Below, piece by piece: positions 29,594-38,972 of a stretch of 64,000 bases of DNA. A program made the translations under genes and the position numbers. Every line of letters begins with the position of its first letter. Within the stretch, counting starts at the first letter, position 1. This DNA comes from Candidatus Latescibacterota bacterium (GTDB lineage Bacteria > Latescibacterota > UBA2968 > SICM01): assembly GCA_965217865.1 (NCBI GenBank), contig CBDCJO010000002.1, forward strand, positions 1,856,001-1,920,000, written 5' to 3'. A model generated the notes under the pieces. The model did not search any database. It had not been told where the DNA came from and saw only the letters and a list, made by a program, of their open reading frames with translations.

Positions 29594-31764
29594 CGAAGAT
29601 TCGGGGCCGGATCGACGCCGTCTTCTATGCCGGCGCGCGATTCTCGGCGGGTCGGCTGGTCACCTCCACGGGCGATGAAGTTGCCTTCGCCGGCAAGCTC
29701 TTCGCCCGCGAGCAGGAGCAGGTGATCCTCGAGGGGCGCTGGGTCACGCATCCGAAGTACGGGCGCCAGCTGGAGGTCGAGACACTGGCCTATGACCTCC
29801 AACTGGATACCGAGGGCCTGGCCCACTACCTGGCCCATCACCCGGACATCAAGGGGATCGGACCGGTCAAGGCGAAGCTGATCGCCGAACCCTTCAGCCA
29901 GGATTTCGACCGGGTCATCGACGAAGAGCCGGAAGCGGTCGCCCAGGCGGCGCGCCTGCCCCTGGCGACGGTCGAACGGCTGCGGGACGAATGGCGGAAA
30001 ACCCGCGAGGTCAACCGGGCGCTGACCTGGCTCGCGGCCTTCGGGCTCACGCACCATCAGGTCACGACGCTGGTCGGCAAGTTCAAGAACAACGCGTTGG
30101 CGCTGCTCAAGGCCGATCCCTACACCATCGTGCGCGAGGTTCGGGGCTTCGGCTTCAAGCGCGTCGACAAGATCGCCCGCAGGATGGGGACCGCAAAGGA
30201 CGATCCGTCCCGCATCCGCGCCGGCATCCTCCACTGCGTCGCGGCGGCGCTCGACCAGGGCAATTGCTGGATCGAGTTCGAGGAACTGATCGAGCAGGCC
30301 AACACGCTGCTCGTGATGGATGCCTTAGGCAGCCGCGACCATATCGAGACGTCGCTCGGCGCGTTGATCGACGAAGGGGCGCTCTCCTGCGTCGATCACG
30401 GCAGCCGTTTTCTGGTCGCCCGGCCGGACATCCGCCGGATGGAGGAGGACCTGGCCGAAACGCTCGGCAAGGGCGACGCCGCCAACCCGCATTTCCCCGA
30501 GTCCGAGCATCACTCAGGTCTCGTGGACAAGCTCGCGCCACGCTCAACGCGGGACAGCGTGAGGCCGTTCTGACGGCGCTCACCCACGCCATCACGCTCA
30601 TCAGCGGCGGCGCGGGAAGCGGCAAGTCCTACACCGTCGCGGCGCTCACCACGATCTACGACGAGGTCGGCCTGCAGGTCATCCTCGCCGCCCCGACCGG
30701 CAAGGCGGCCAAGCGGCTCGAGGAGGTCTCCGACCGCCAGGCCAGCACCATCCACCGGCTCCTCGGATTCGACGGCAAGTCGTTCGCCCGCGGTCCCGAG
30801 GACCCTATCGACGCCGACGTCGTCATCGTCGACGAAGTGTCGATGGTCGACATCCCTCTCGCCTGGCAGTTGTTCCAGACCATCGATCCCGAACGCACCG
30901 TCGTAGTGCTGGTGGGTGACCACAACCAGCAGCCGCCCGTAGGTCCGGGCAACCTGCTGCGCGATCTGATCGAGGCCCGGACCGTGCCCACGGTGGTACT
31001 CGACAAGATCGTCCGCCAGGCCGGCGTGCTCAAGGAGAACAGCATCGCCGTGCTCGAAGGCCGAGTCCGCAAGACCAGCGAGCCGGGGGTCTCCGGACGA
31101 CGCGCCTGGTACCTGGTCGACCAGTTCACCGATCCGGGCGACGCGCAGCGCTTCCTGCTCGAGCTGTTCGAGACCGTGCTCGCCGAGCGGCTGCGCTTCC
31201 ACCTGCGCGACGACATTCAATTGCTGACGCCGACTCACAAGGGGCCACTCGGCACCCGGGCGCTCAACGTCGCGCTGCAACGGCTGATTCAGGCCAAAGC
31301 TCTGGGGCGTCGAGGTGCCGGCGCCGAAGCCGGGACGCCGACCTCGGTTGCTCGTCGACGACAAGGTCATCCAGACCCGCAACAACTACGAGCTCGGCGT
31401 GATGAACGGCGCGGTCGGCACCGTCACCGAGGTCGGCCGCGACGGCTCGCTCGTCATCGCCTTCGACGGCATGCCGGTCGAGATCGAATCCGGCTCGCCG
31501 AACCTAGCGGACATCAAGCTCGCTTACGCCCTCACGATTCACAAGGCGCAAGGCTCCGAGTTCCCGTGCGCCGTGGTAGTGGTGCACAAGTCGCACGCCT
31601 TCATGCACCACCGCAATCTCTTCTACACCGGTGTGACCCGGGCCAAGGAGGTAACGGTCGTCGTCGGGGACCGCTGGGGCATCGCCAACTGCGCGCGTAA
31701 GCGCCACCTCGATGAGCGCAAGACCTTTCTCTCCCTCCTTCTCGGCGAAGGGGCGGCGATATGA
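29563..31764 (+). pseudogene. recD2: RecD2-like SF1B helicase with two frameshifts (~30540 and ~31297)
   Basis: HPKYGRQ, GIGPVKA, GFGFKRVD in one frame; GGAGSGKS, DEVSMVD, GDHNQ in a second; YALTIHKAQGSEF, YTGVTRA in a third. Confidence 0.82.
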
Positions 31765-34700
31765 CGCGGACGAGCGTGGGCGACGTCAGGGAGTACTACC
31801 GGCTGATCACCGATGTCGACATCGGTCGGGTGGCCCGCGAGGTCCTTGCCGAGCGCTTCGTCCAAGAAGACGACCGCCTGCTGCAGTGCGACTGCCCGAA
31901 TCATACGAGTGGCAGCCATCGCTCGCTTCACGTCCTGCTCGACAAGCAGGGCTGGTACTGCTTTGGCTGCGGGGTGGGCGGCGACGTGCTGCAGCTGGTC
32001 GAGTTCGTCCATTCTGGCACGGTCACGAGCGGCCACTCCGGTCCCATGCCGGAGACCCACCAGCGGGCGCGGGACTTCCTGGCCGCCAAGGCGGAGCTGC
32101 CGCCGCTTGCCCGCTACGGCCTCTCACCCGAGCGGCTGCGCGAGACCGAGGCGGCGCGGGAGCTCGACGTACGGGTCCAGGAGGCGCTCACGGCCCTGGC
32201 GTCGTTCTACCACCGGCGGCTCAAGGACGCGCCCGAGGTGCTGGAGTGGCTGCGGGCCAACTACGGCATCGCCGAAGAGACCATCGATACCCTGCGCATC
32301 GGGTACGCCGTCAACGGTCCGTGCGAAGACGCCGGCGAGCCTCAAGCCGGCGTCCTCGCCGCCCTGACCACGGGGGAGAACGCCTTCACTCCCCGCGAGC
32401 TCGCCGCTACCGGCGCGTTCCGTCCGACCGGCCAGGACGGCCTGATCCCCTTCTTCGACGGTCGCATCGTCTTCCCGTACTGGAGCCACGGACGCGTCGT
32501 GTTCCTGATCGGGCGCAAGACGCCGTGGACCCCGGACCGGGACTGGGAGCAGGGCAAGTACTGCAAGCTGCCGGTCCACAACGATCATTCGAACCGACAC
32601 ATCGCGCCGTCGATCAACAACGGCCATCTCTACAACGAGGACTGCCTGCTCACGCGGCCCGAACGCGTCATCATCACCGAGGGCGTCACCGACTGCATCG
32701 CGCTCATGGAGCGCGGCTTCCCGGCCGTGTCTCCGGTCACGGTGCGCATCCGGGCCTCGGACTGGGACCGCCTGCTGCCGAAGCTCCGGGGCGTCAAGAC
32801 GGTCTACATCTGCCAGGACAACGAGATCTCGCAGGCGGGACTCAACGGCGCGCTCAAGACCGCGAGCGTCCTGGCCAAACACAAGATACAGACCCGGCTC
32901 GTGGTCCTGCCTCTCGACGACTCCCGCCAGGAGGCGCGGAGGGAACTCAAGGAGAAGTTCGGCCTGGACGCGGCGGTCGGACCCCGCGAGCTGGCCAAGC
33001 TCCTCAAGGGCCGCTCGTCGGAAGAGCTCAAGGAGGCGGAACACCTCCTCGCCGCGGCCAAGATCGATGTCAACGACTACTTCGCCTCCGGCTGCACCGC
33101 GCAGGATTTCGAGGCACTGCTCGGCGAGGCCGCCACCCCGCTCGAGGGCGGGGTCGACCGGTTGCCAACCGACGTCGCTGAAGAGGAGCGCAACCGGCTG
33201 CTGGAGCCGATCCTGCGCGAGGTCGCGGTGCTGACGCCGCTCGAGCAAAGCCGACACCTCAAGCGAGTACAGGAGCGCTTTGGGAAGTCGAGCCTCTCGC
33301 TCACCACGCTGCGCGAGCAGGTGCGGGCGGTGGAGAAAGAGCGCAACTCGAAGGCCCGGCAGGAGTACCGCCGCGAGAAGATACGCGAGAAGCGCCAGAC
33401 CGGCGCGGCGCCCGGATCATGCCGCGCTCGGGTCGAGCAGGTGCTGATCGAGACCGAGGAGGACGCCGGCGCGCCCGACTACGCGCAAGCCGCCGAGGCC
33501 GCCTACGACTGGTTCACCGCACATGAAGCGCAGTTCTTCTTCACCCGCCACGGCGAACCGTTCATGCACTTCGACAACGCCATCTACTGGATGGATTCCG
33601 CCGACCGGGGCCGCAAGCGCCAGTATTCGGCCATGCTTTATCGCCACACCGGGCTGGTGCCGACCTCGCCGGGCGGACGGACGTTCTTCGAAGTGCTGCC
33701 GAGCCTGGCGCTACTCCGGGGGCAGATGCGGGAGCACTTCTCCTGGCTTCACACCGACGTCTCGACACACACGGTCTACTTCAACCTCAACAACGCCGCG
33801 CACGAGATCGCCAAGATCACGCCCGACGGCATTGAGCTCCTCAAGAACGGCGGCAACCCCGACGGCATCATCCTCGAGAGCTCGCGGAAGATGAAGCCGC
33901 TCCGGTTCCTGTCAGACGCCGATCCCGACGAAGCCGACCGGCTGCTGTCGACGCTGATCCTCGGCAACCTGACCTGCGCGCCGGGCGAGAGCGCACTGAT
34001 CCTGTCGTGGCTGTCCTGCTTCCTGCTGATCGACTTTGCCGGCACCCGGCCGATGACCCGCTTCGAGGGGCCCGCAGGCTCGGGCAAGACCACCGCGAGC
34101 AAGCTCATCTCTGCGCTGCTCTACGGCGAGCCGCAGCAGAAGAAGAGCACCGACGCGGCCAACTACACCGACGGCTCGCAGAACCCGCTCATCGTCCTCG
34201 ACAACATCGAGGTCAAGCAGATGACCGAGGAGCTGACTACCTTCCTGCTCACCAGCATCACCGGGATCGCCAAGGAGAAGCGGAAAAGCGGCACCGACAC
34301 CGAGACCGTCATCGAGCGCACCAAGTGCCTGCTCAACACCACCGGCATCGAGCCGCTGTGGGGGGAGCTCTCGGAGATTCTGTCCCGCTCCTTCGTCATC
34401 ACCTTCGATCTGACCAGCCAAGCCGGGGATTGTTTTCTCGAGTCCGAGATCATTGCGGCTATTCAGCAAAACCGGGATCTGATCCTGTCGGTCATGCTCA
34501 AGCGCACGCGGCACGTGCTGGCCATGATGCGAGACGGGCGACGCGGTCAAGCGATGAAACTCATGCTCGAGGGCTTGGGCGACCACGACAAGCGGCGCTG
34601 CAACGACTACCTGACCCTGATGTACCTCATGCTGCTGGCCGGCTCCCAGGAGCACGAAGTCGACGCCGGACTCGCGACATTGAGTCCCAAGTTTGTCGAT

Positions 34701-35111
34701 CAGATCAAAGCCCTCAACGCGACCAGCCAGCAGACCGCCCGGGACTCCAATCCAATCGCAACGGCTCTGGAATCGCTCTTCGATGCCTACCGCAGTGCCG
34801 TGGACCAGGACGAACAAGCCCGCCTCGGACAGGATGACGACCGGGCAGACCATGTGGCCAAGTTCATCGAGCGCTATCTGGTGCGCTTCGAAGACCCGGA
34901 CATCATGGAACCGGTCTCCGCCGGGCGGTTGTTGGCGGCCCTGCGCAGGGTCGCCCGGGAGTTCAGCCTGGAATTCCAATACAGCAAGCCCGCACAGCTT
35001 GCCCGCCGCATCAGCAACGACCTGGATGTCATCCGCGACGCCAGTTTCGTGATCGACCGGCAGCGAGACGCTCACACCAAGAACTTCAAGTACCGCATCA
35101 CCCGAGGTTGA
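31761..35111 (+). CDS. DNA primase-helicase (CHC2 zinc finger + TOPRIM + P-loop ATPase)
   Basis: CPNH...WYCFGCGVGGD, GRIVFP, ITEGVTD, CQDNE, KIDVNDY, GPAGSGKTT. Confidence 0.85.
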   Translation: MTRTSVGDVREYYRLITDVDIGRVAREVLAERFVQEDDRLLQCDCPNHTSGSHRSLHVLLDKQGWYCFGCGVGGDVLQLVEFVHSGTVTSGHSGPMPETHQRARDFLAAKAELPPLARYGLSPERLRETEAARELDVRVQEALTALASFYHRRLKDAPEVLEWLRANYGIAEETIDTLRIGYAVNGPCEDAGEPQAGVLAALTTGENAFTPRELAATGAFRPTGQDGLIPFFDGRIVFPYWSHGRVVFLIGRKTPWTPDRDWEQGKYCKLPVHNDHSNRHIAPSINNGHLYNEDCLLTRPERVIITEGVTDCIALMERGFPAVSPVTVRIRASDWDRLLPKLRGVKTVYICQDNEISQAGLNGALKTASVLAKHKIQTRLVVLPLDDSRQEARRELKEKFGLDAAVGPRELAKLLKGRSSEELKEAEHLLAAAKIDVNDYFASGCTAQDFEALLGEAATPLEGGVDRLPTDVAEEERNRLLEPILREVAVLTPLEQSRHLKRVQERFGKSSLSLTTLREQVRAVEKERNSKARQEYRREKIREKRQTGAAPGSCRARVEQVLIETEEDAGAPDYAQAAEAAYDWFTAHEAQFFFTRHGEPFMHFDNAIYWMDSADRGRKRQYSAMLYRHTGLVPTSPGGRTFFEVLPSLALLRGQMREHFSWLHTDVSTHTVYFNLNNAAHEIAKITPDGIELLKNGGNPDGIILESSRKMKPLRFLSDADPDEADRLLSTLILGNLTCAPGESALILSWLSCFLLIDFAGTRPMTRFEGPAGSGKTTASKLISALLYGEPQQKKSTDAANYTDGSQNPLIVLDNIEVKQMTEELTTFLLTSITGIAKEKRKSGTDTETVIERTKCLLNTTGIEPLWGELSEILSRSFVITFDLTSQAGDCFLESEIIAAIQQNRDLILSVMLKRTRHVLAMMRDGRRGQAMKLMLEGLGDHDKRRCNDYLTLMYLMLLAGSQEHEVDAGLATLSPKFVDQIKALNATSQQTARDSNPIATALESLFDAYRSAVDQDEQARLGQDDDRADHVAKFIERYLVRFEDPDIMEPVSAGRLLAALRRVAREFSLEFQYSKPAQLARRISNDLDVIRDASFVIDRQRDAHTKNFKYRITRG

Positions 35112-35233
35112 TTCTGAGGCCTGCACTCGGATCGGGTCCCCACGCGCGATTGCTCAGACCAACTGAAACGACACCCCGCCTGAGCCGTATCCGGCTCGAC
35201 ATCGAGATCAAGGACCCTCCAAGTGTCCTTTTC

Positions 35234-35584
35234 CTGCGGTGGTGCGGTGGTTGTCGACTGCCTGTGCGGTGGTATCCACTGCACAGATAACTTCTTACCA
35301 AACAATATGTTACGGGCCGTCTTCGGTGGTTGCGGTGGCAAATCCAGAGGTCTTACCTCCTATAGAGGAAAGAAAAAAATGTCACGCCCATCTCATAGGG
35401 AACGGACCCCCCCGAAAACCTGGCGGCATACGTAAGAGATTTTCCCCATTTACCACCGCAACCACCGCAAATTCTCTTTCTCATACTCATAACTATAAGA
35501 CTATAAACCACTTAATTTAAACACTGCACCGTCGTGCGGTGGTAAGCCAAATCAACCACCGCACGACCACCGCAACCGCCGCAA
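35234..35584. repeat. Clustered TGCGGTGGT/ACCACCGCA repeats around an AT-rich patch; candidate replication origin of the element
   Basis: About ten copies in both orientations directly downstream of the primase gene; AT-rich stretch at ~35470-35520. Confidence 0.65.
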
Positions 35585-35709
35585 GATCGCGGGAGCCGCG
35601 ATAACGACGGATCGCCTTCAACTCCGCACAATCTCAGCCGACATAACCGCCCTCCCACCGGTAGGTAACGGTGAACGACGAACCGCTCTGAACCACCGAA
35701 CCGAGACCC

Positions 35710-35955
35710 ATGAAGACCGTGTTCCAACTGATGCACGAGGAAAGCCAGAAGGCGGCAGCCCTGCGACGCCTTAACCAAGCGGACTGGACCTACCCGGCGG
35801 ACGGCGCCTGGAAGTACACGGAGCCGGTCACTGCCCAAGCGCTGGACAAGGTGGACGCGATCCGCGACCAGGCGCTTGCCCTGGAGTCCCTGGTGGCGGC
35901 CCTGTCGGTCCGCTACAAAGGCGGAGATGATCGGCAACCCCGGAGAGCGGCCTGA
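35710..35955 (+). CDS. Small hypothetical protein
   Basis: 81-aa ORF with island-like codon usage, co-oriented with neighbours. Confidence 0.45.
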   Translation: MKTVFQLMHEESQKAAALRRLNQADWTYPADGAWKYTEPVTAQALDKVDAIRDQALALESLVAALSVRYKGGDDRQPRRAA

Positions 35956-35993
35956 CCGAACGCATCCCTTCGCTGCAGGAAAAGCGCCAGGGC

Positions 35994-36239
35994 GTGATGC
36001 GCGGTCACGCCCTGGACCTGCTCGCCAATCTGGACGCCCGGTTGCGTCGGATCGAAGCCGAACTCGGGCTGTCCGCCGGGGAAGCGGAGGAGTTCCGGGC
36101 GGTCATGGCGCACATCCGCAGAGAGGCCCGGCGCATCCACGCCGGGCAGATCGCGGCGGGCATTCACGACGGCCGAGCGAACACCGCCGTTTCGTGTCCG
36201 GACATAAGCCCCGGTTCTTCCGCGACTTATAGCCTATAA
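35994..36239 (+). CDS. Small hypothetical protein
   Basis: 81-aa helical ORF, co-oriented with neighbours. Confidence 0.45.
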   Translation: MMRGHALDLLANLDARLRRIEAELGLSAGEAEEFRAVMAHIRREARRIHAGQIAAGIHDGRANTAVSCPDISPGSSATYSL

Positions 36240-36376
36240 CACATAAATCCTTCTAAATCATGTTAAGGACAAGATTTGCCTTGCTTTCCGTTCGGGAACG
36301 AGGTTGCATTCATGTGTGTGAACACAACGACCCGATTCAATTGCCGGACAAGGGATTACTGGAATCAAGGAGAACC

Positions 36377-36520
36377 ATGGACCTGTGCGAAATCGATTTC
36401 GGGGTCGAGATAGGGACGGTCAGACGAACACGCAAACGCGTGGTCCAGGCCATCCAGTCGGTGGTGGGCGGTGAGGTCGTCGACGAGCGGGGGCGGACAT
36501 GGCAAGGCGACTCGGCGTTC
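36377..36520 (+). pseudogene. Amidoligase family N-terminal remnant
   Basis: AAGGAG then MDLCEIDFGVEIGTV...AIQSVVGGE...RGRTW; the rest is deleted. Fits the adjacent GATase and GGCT genes. Confidence 0.5.
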
Positions 36521-36647
36521 CGGAGCGGCAGACCGGCGCCCGGGGCACCACCCGCCCTCGAGGCGGAATCATCCACGGAGGCCGGGCCGCAAGGCCTCCG
36601 GTTTTCGGGGAGGACGCCGACACTCAAACCGAAGGAGAAACGACGCC

Positions 36648-37139
36648 ATGAGAGTGCGGATCAAGAACACCGCCCTGGACAGCAAGCCCATCCAGGGCGA
36701 AGGGGATATCTTCACCGGCAAGACCGACCTTGAGGTCGTCCGGGCCATGCGGGGAGCAACGCTCTTCTCCGATCAGAACACGCTCGAGGACTACGTCGAC
36801 ATGGTCCTGCGCAACGCCAGGATGCTCGCCGGCATCGACCTGATCGTCAAAGGCGACACGCCCGAGGAGAAGGCTCGCGCCCTCCTCGCCTCCATGATCG
36901 ATCACGGCATGGCGGAATACGTCGAGGACGAGCCGCCGGCATCGGTCACCGTGCCCGCCGCCGTCTGGCATGGCCTGGAGGCGGTGAAGGACTCCGGAAC
37001 CACCAACATGCTCGACCGGCCCGCGGTCATCAAGATCGCCGAATTCCTCGGCTTTCACGAGACGGCGCGATGGATCGAGGGCCATCACGGGCAATATGCC
37101 GAAGGGCTGTTCCGGGGCTTCGAGGTCGACACGAACTAA
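36648..37139 (+). CDS. Hypothetical protein with C-terminal DUF5049-like domain
   Basis: AAGGAG RBS; GLEAVKDSGTTNMLDRPAV...YAEGLFRGF. Confidence 0.65.
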   Translation: MRVRIKNTALDSKPIQGEGDIFTGKTDLEVVRAMRGATLFSDQNTLEDYVDMVLRNARMLAGIDLIVKGDTPEEKARALLASMIDHGMAEYVEDEPPASVTVPAAVWHGLEAVKDSGTTNMLDRPAVIKIAEFLGFHETARWIEGHHGQYAEGLFRGFEVDTN

Positions 37140-37150
37140 GGGAAGTTCTG

Positions 37151-37961
37151 ATGTACGGACAGGCGGGCATCATCCTGGGCGGGAAAGGCGCCGCGCCGGC
37201 GAGCGCGATCATCTCGCCTGGCTGTTCACCCGGCTCTTCGCATTCAGCGAGCGGAAGGGGCCGCACGCCACGGGGCGTGGCCTGGCTCAAGCGCCACGGC
37301 CGGCACAAGCTCTTCAAGCAGCCGGTGCGGGCCGGTCGGTTCGTTCTCCGACAAGGCGTTCCACGAGGTCCTGGCCGGAATCGACAACCGCACCACGCTG
37401 CTCTTGGATCACACCCGCCGGCGCACCCGCGCGGCGACGAGAAGATCAACGAGAACAACCACCCGATCCGGGCAGGCGACATCCTCGGCACCCACAACAA
37501 CGGCACGATCTACAACGCCAACACCCTGTTCCGGCGGTTCAAGCCTCACCGCTTCGCCGAGGTGGACAGCGAACTGCTCTTCCGGCTTGCCGCCCGGGCC
37601 GGGCGAAACGGCCGGATCGACGTGGAGCGCTTCAAGGGCCGCCTCAAGCTCTACTGCGGGCAGATGGCGGCGGTCATGGCATCCCGGCTCGATCCGGAGA
37701 CCATCCTCGTGCTCAAGGGGAACAAGCCGCACGAGCTTGCGTATCCACCGTCGGTACCGGGCTGTCCTCTATGCCTCCGATCCGGCGTATCTGGACGCGA
37801 TCCTGGACGAAGAACGGGGCTGGCGCGAGCTGCCCGTCCCCACCATGAGCCTGATGGTGTTCCGGCACCGGGATCTGATGGATTGCTCGATGGGAGCCGT
37901 TCGAGTTCGTTGCGCAAGCGAGGCGACGGAAGAAGCCTGCCTTGGTGGAGGTTATCGATGA
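37151..37961 (+). pseudogene. Class II glutamine amidotransferase, frameshifted
   Basis: MYGQAGII (catalytic Cys apparently replaced by Tyr), GPHATG, GHTR-like segment, NNHPI, HNNGTIYN, EVDSE, spread over several frames. Confidence 0.65.
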
Positions 37962-38010
37962 CTGGGAGAGCACGGTCCACACGACCGAGTGAACCCCCGA
38001 AGGAGAACAC

Positions 38011-38516
38011 ATTGGAGCTACTGACTCTCTTCGTCTGCGGCACGCTCAAGAGCGGATACTGGAACCACGACCCCTTCTGCGGGTTTTGCGCTGGAGATCC
38101 GGGAGACGCGGGATCCCGCGGGCGGCTCTACGAGGGGCCGGGGTTCCCGGTCCTCGAAGGTCCCGGACGAGGATGTCCTCGCCCAGGGGACCGTCGACCC
38201 GTTGGCCGACATCGCCACACAGGCCTGCTTGGCGGGCAGACAGGCGCGCCGGTCCGGTCGGGTGGGGTCACACTCCCGACCAGTCCCCGAAAGCGCCACA
38301 GCGGGCGCCTGGGGCGCCGTGTACGGGAAGCTGCCCACCTTCGACGACCCTGATACCCGCATTGCCCGCCATCGACCGCCATTCCGCCCGGGCGGTTCCA
38401 ACCTCTACCAGCGGGTACTGTTACACGCCACGGTGAAGGGCGCTCGCGAGCTCGCCTGGGTCTATACGGCCGAGGCAACCGGCATCAAGCGGCACCGGAT
38501 CGTGTCCGGCAGTAAC
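38011..38516 (+). pseudogene. Gamma-glutamylcyclotransferase, frameshifted
   Basis: LFVCGTLKSGYWNH, GRLYEGPGFP, YQRVL...AWVY across frames. Confidence 0.6.
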
Positions 38517-38639
38517 CGCCCACCACCCCCCCCATCACCGCAGAGCGCGCCTCTGCTGGTGCGCGTCATTCCCATCACCGCAGAGTTTTGAATTGACCAC
38601 GGAAGCTAGTTTTTATATATATGTAGGAGTCCGGCGAAG

Positions 38640-38865
38640 ATGGCTACTGAAGAAGGCTGGGTCGATATTGCCGAGGGTCGCCGCGTATCTACAGGTGACC
38701 AAGGAATCCATATACCGGTGGGTCGACTCAAAGGGCTTTCCAACTCGCCGCGTGGGGCGGTTGCTGCGATTCCGGCTCTCGGAAGTTAACGAGTGGGTGA
38801 AGGCCGGAGGAAGTGATCCCGAAGGTAGCTCATCGAGCAATTCGGCGGAGAGCTATACCAATTAA
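38640..38865 (+). pseudogene. Excisionase-like HTH_17 protein with a +1 frameshift at ~38676
   Basis: MATEEGWVDIAE, then (extra G) VAAYLQVTKESIYRWV...RVGRLLRFRLSEVNEWV. Confidence 0.7.
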
Positions 38866-38972
38866 GAACGCATGAGAACAGGAAATGTCTGATGAGTGCT
38901 GAAACTGCCATGAAAGGAATTGTTGGGCTTCCGGGTTCTGCCAAGAACCCAGCGCTGAGGTGAGACCTGACT

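Noticed and set aside
29991-31700. 569-aa ORF as an independent gene
   Set aside because: Only its middle (~30540-31297) is real RecD2 coding sequence; the ends are alternate-frame low-complexity translation.
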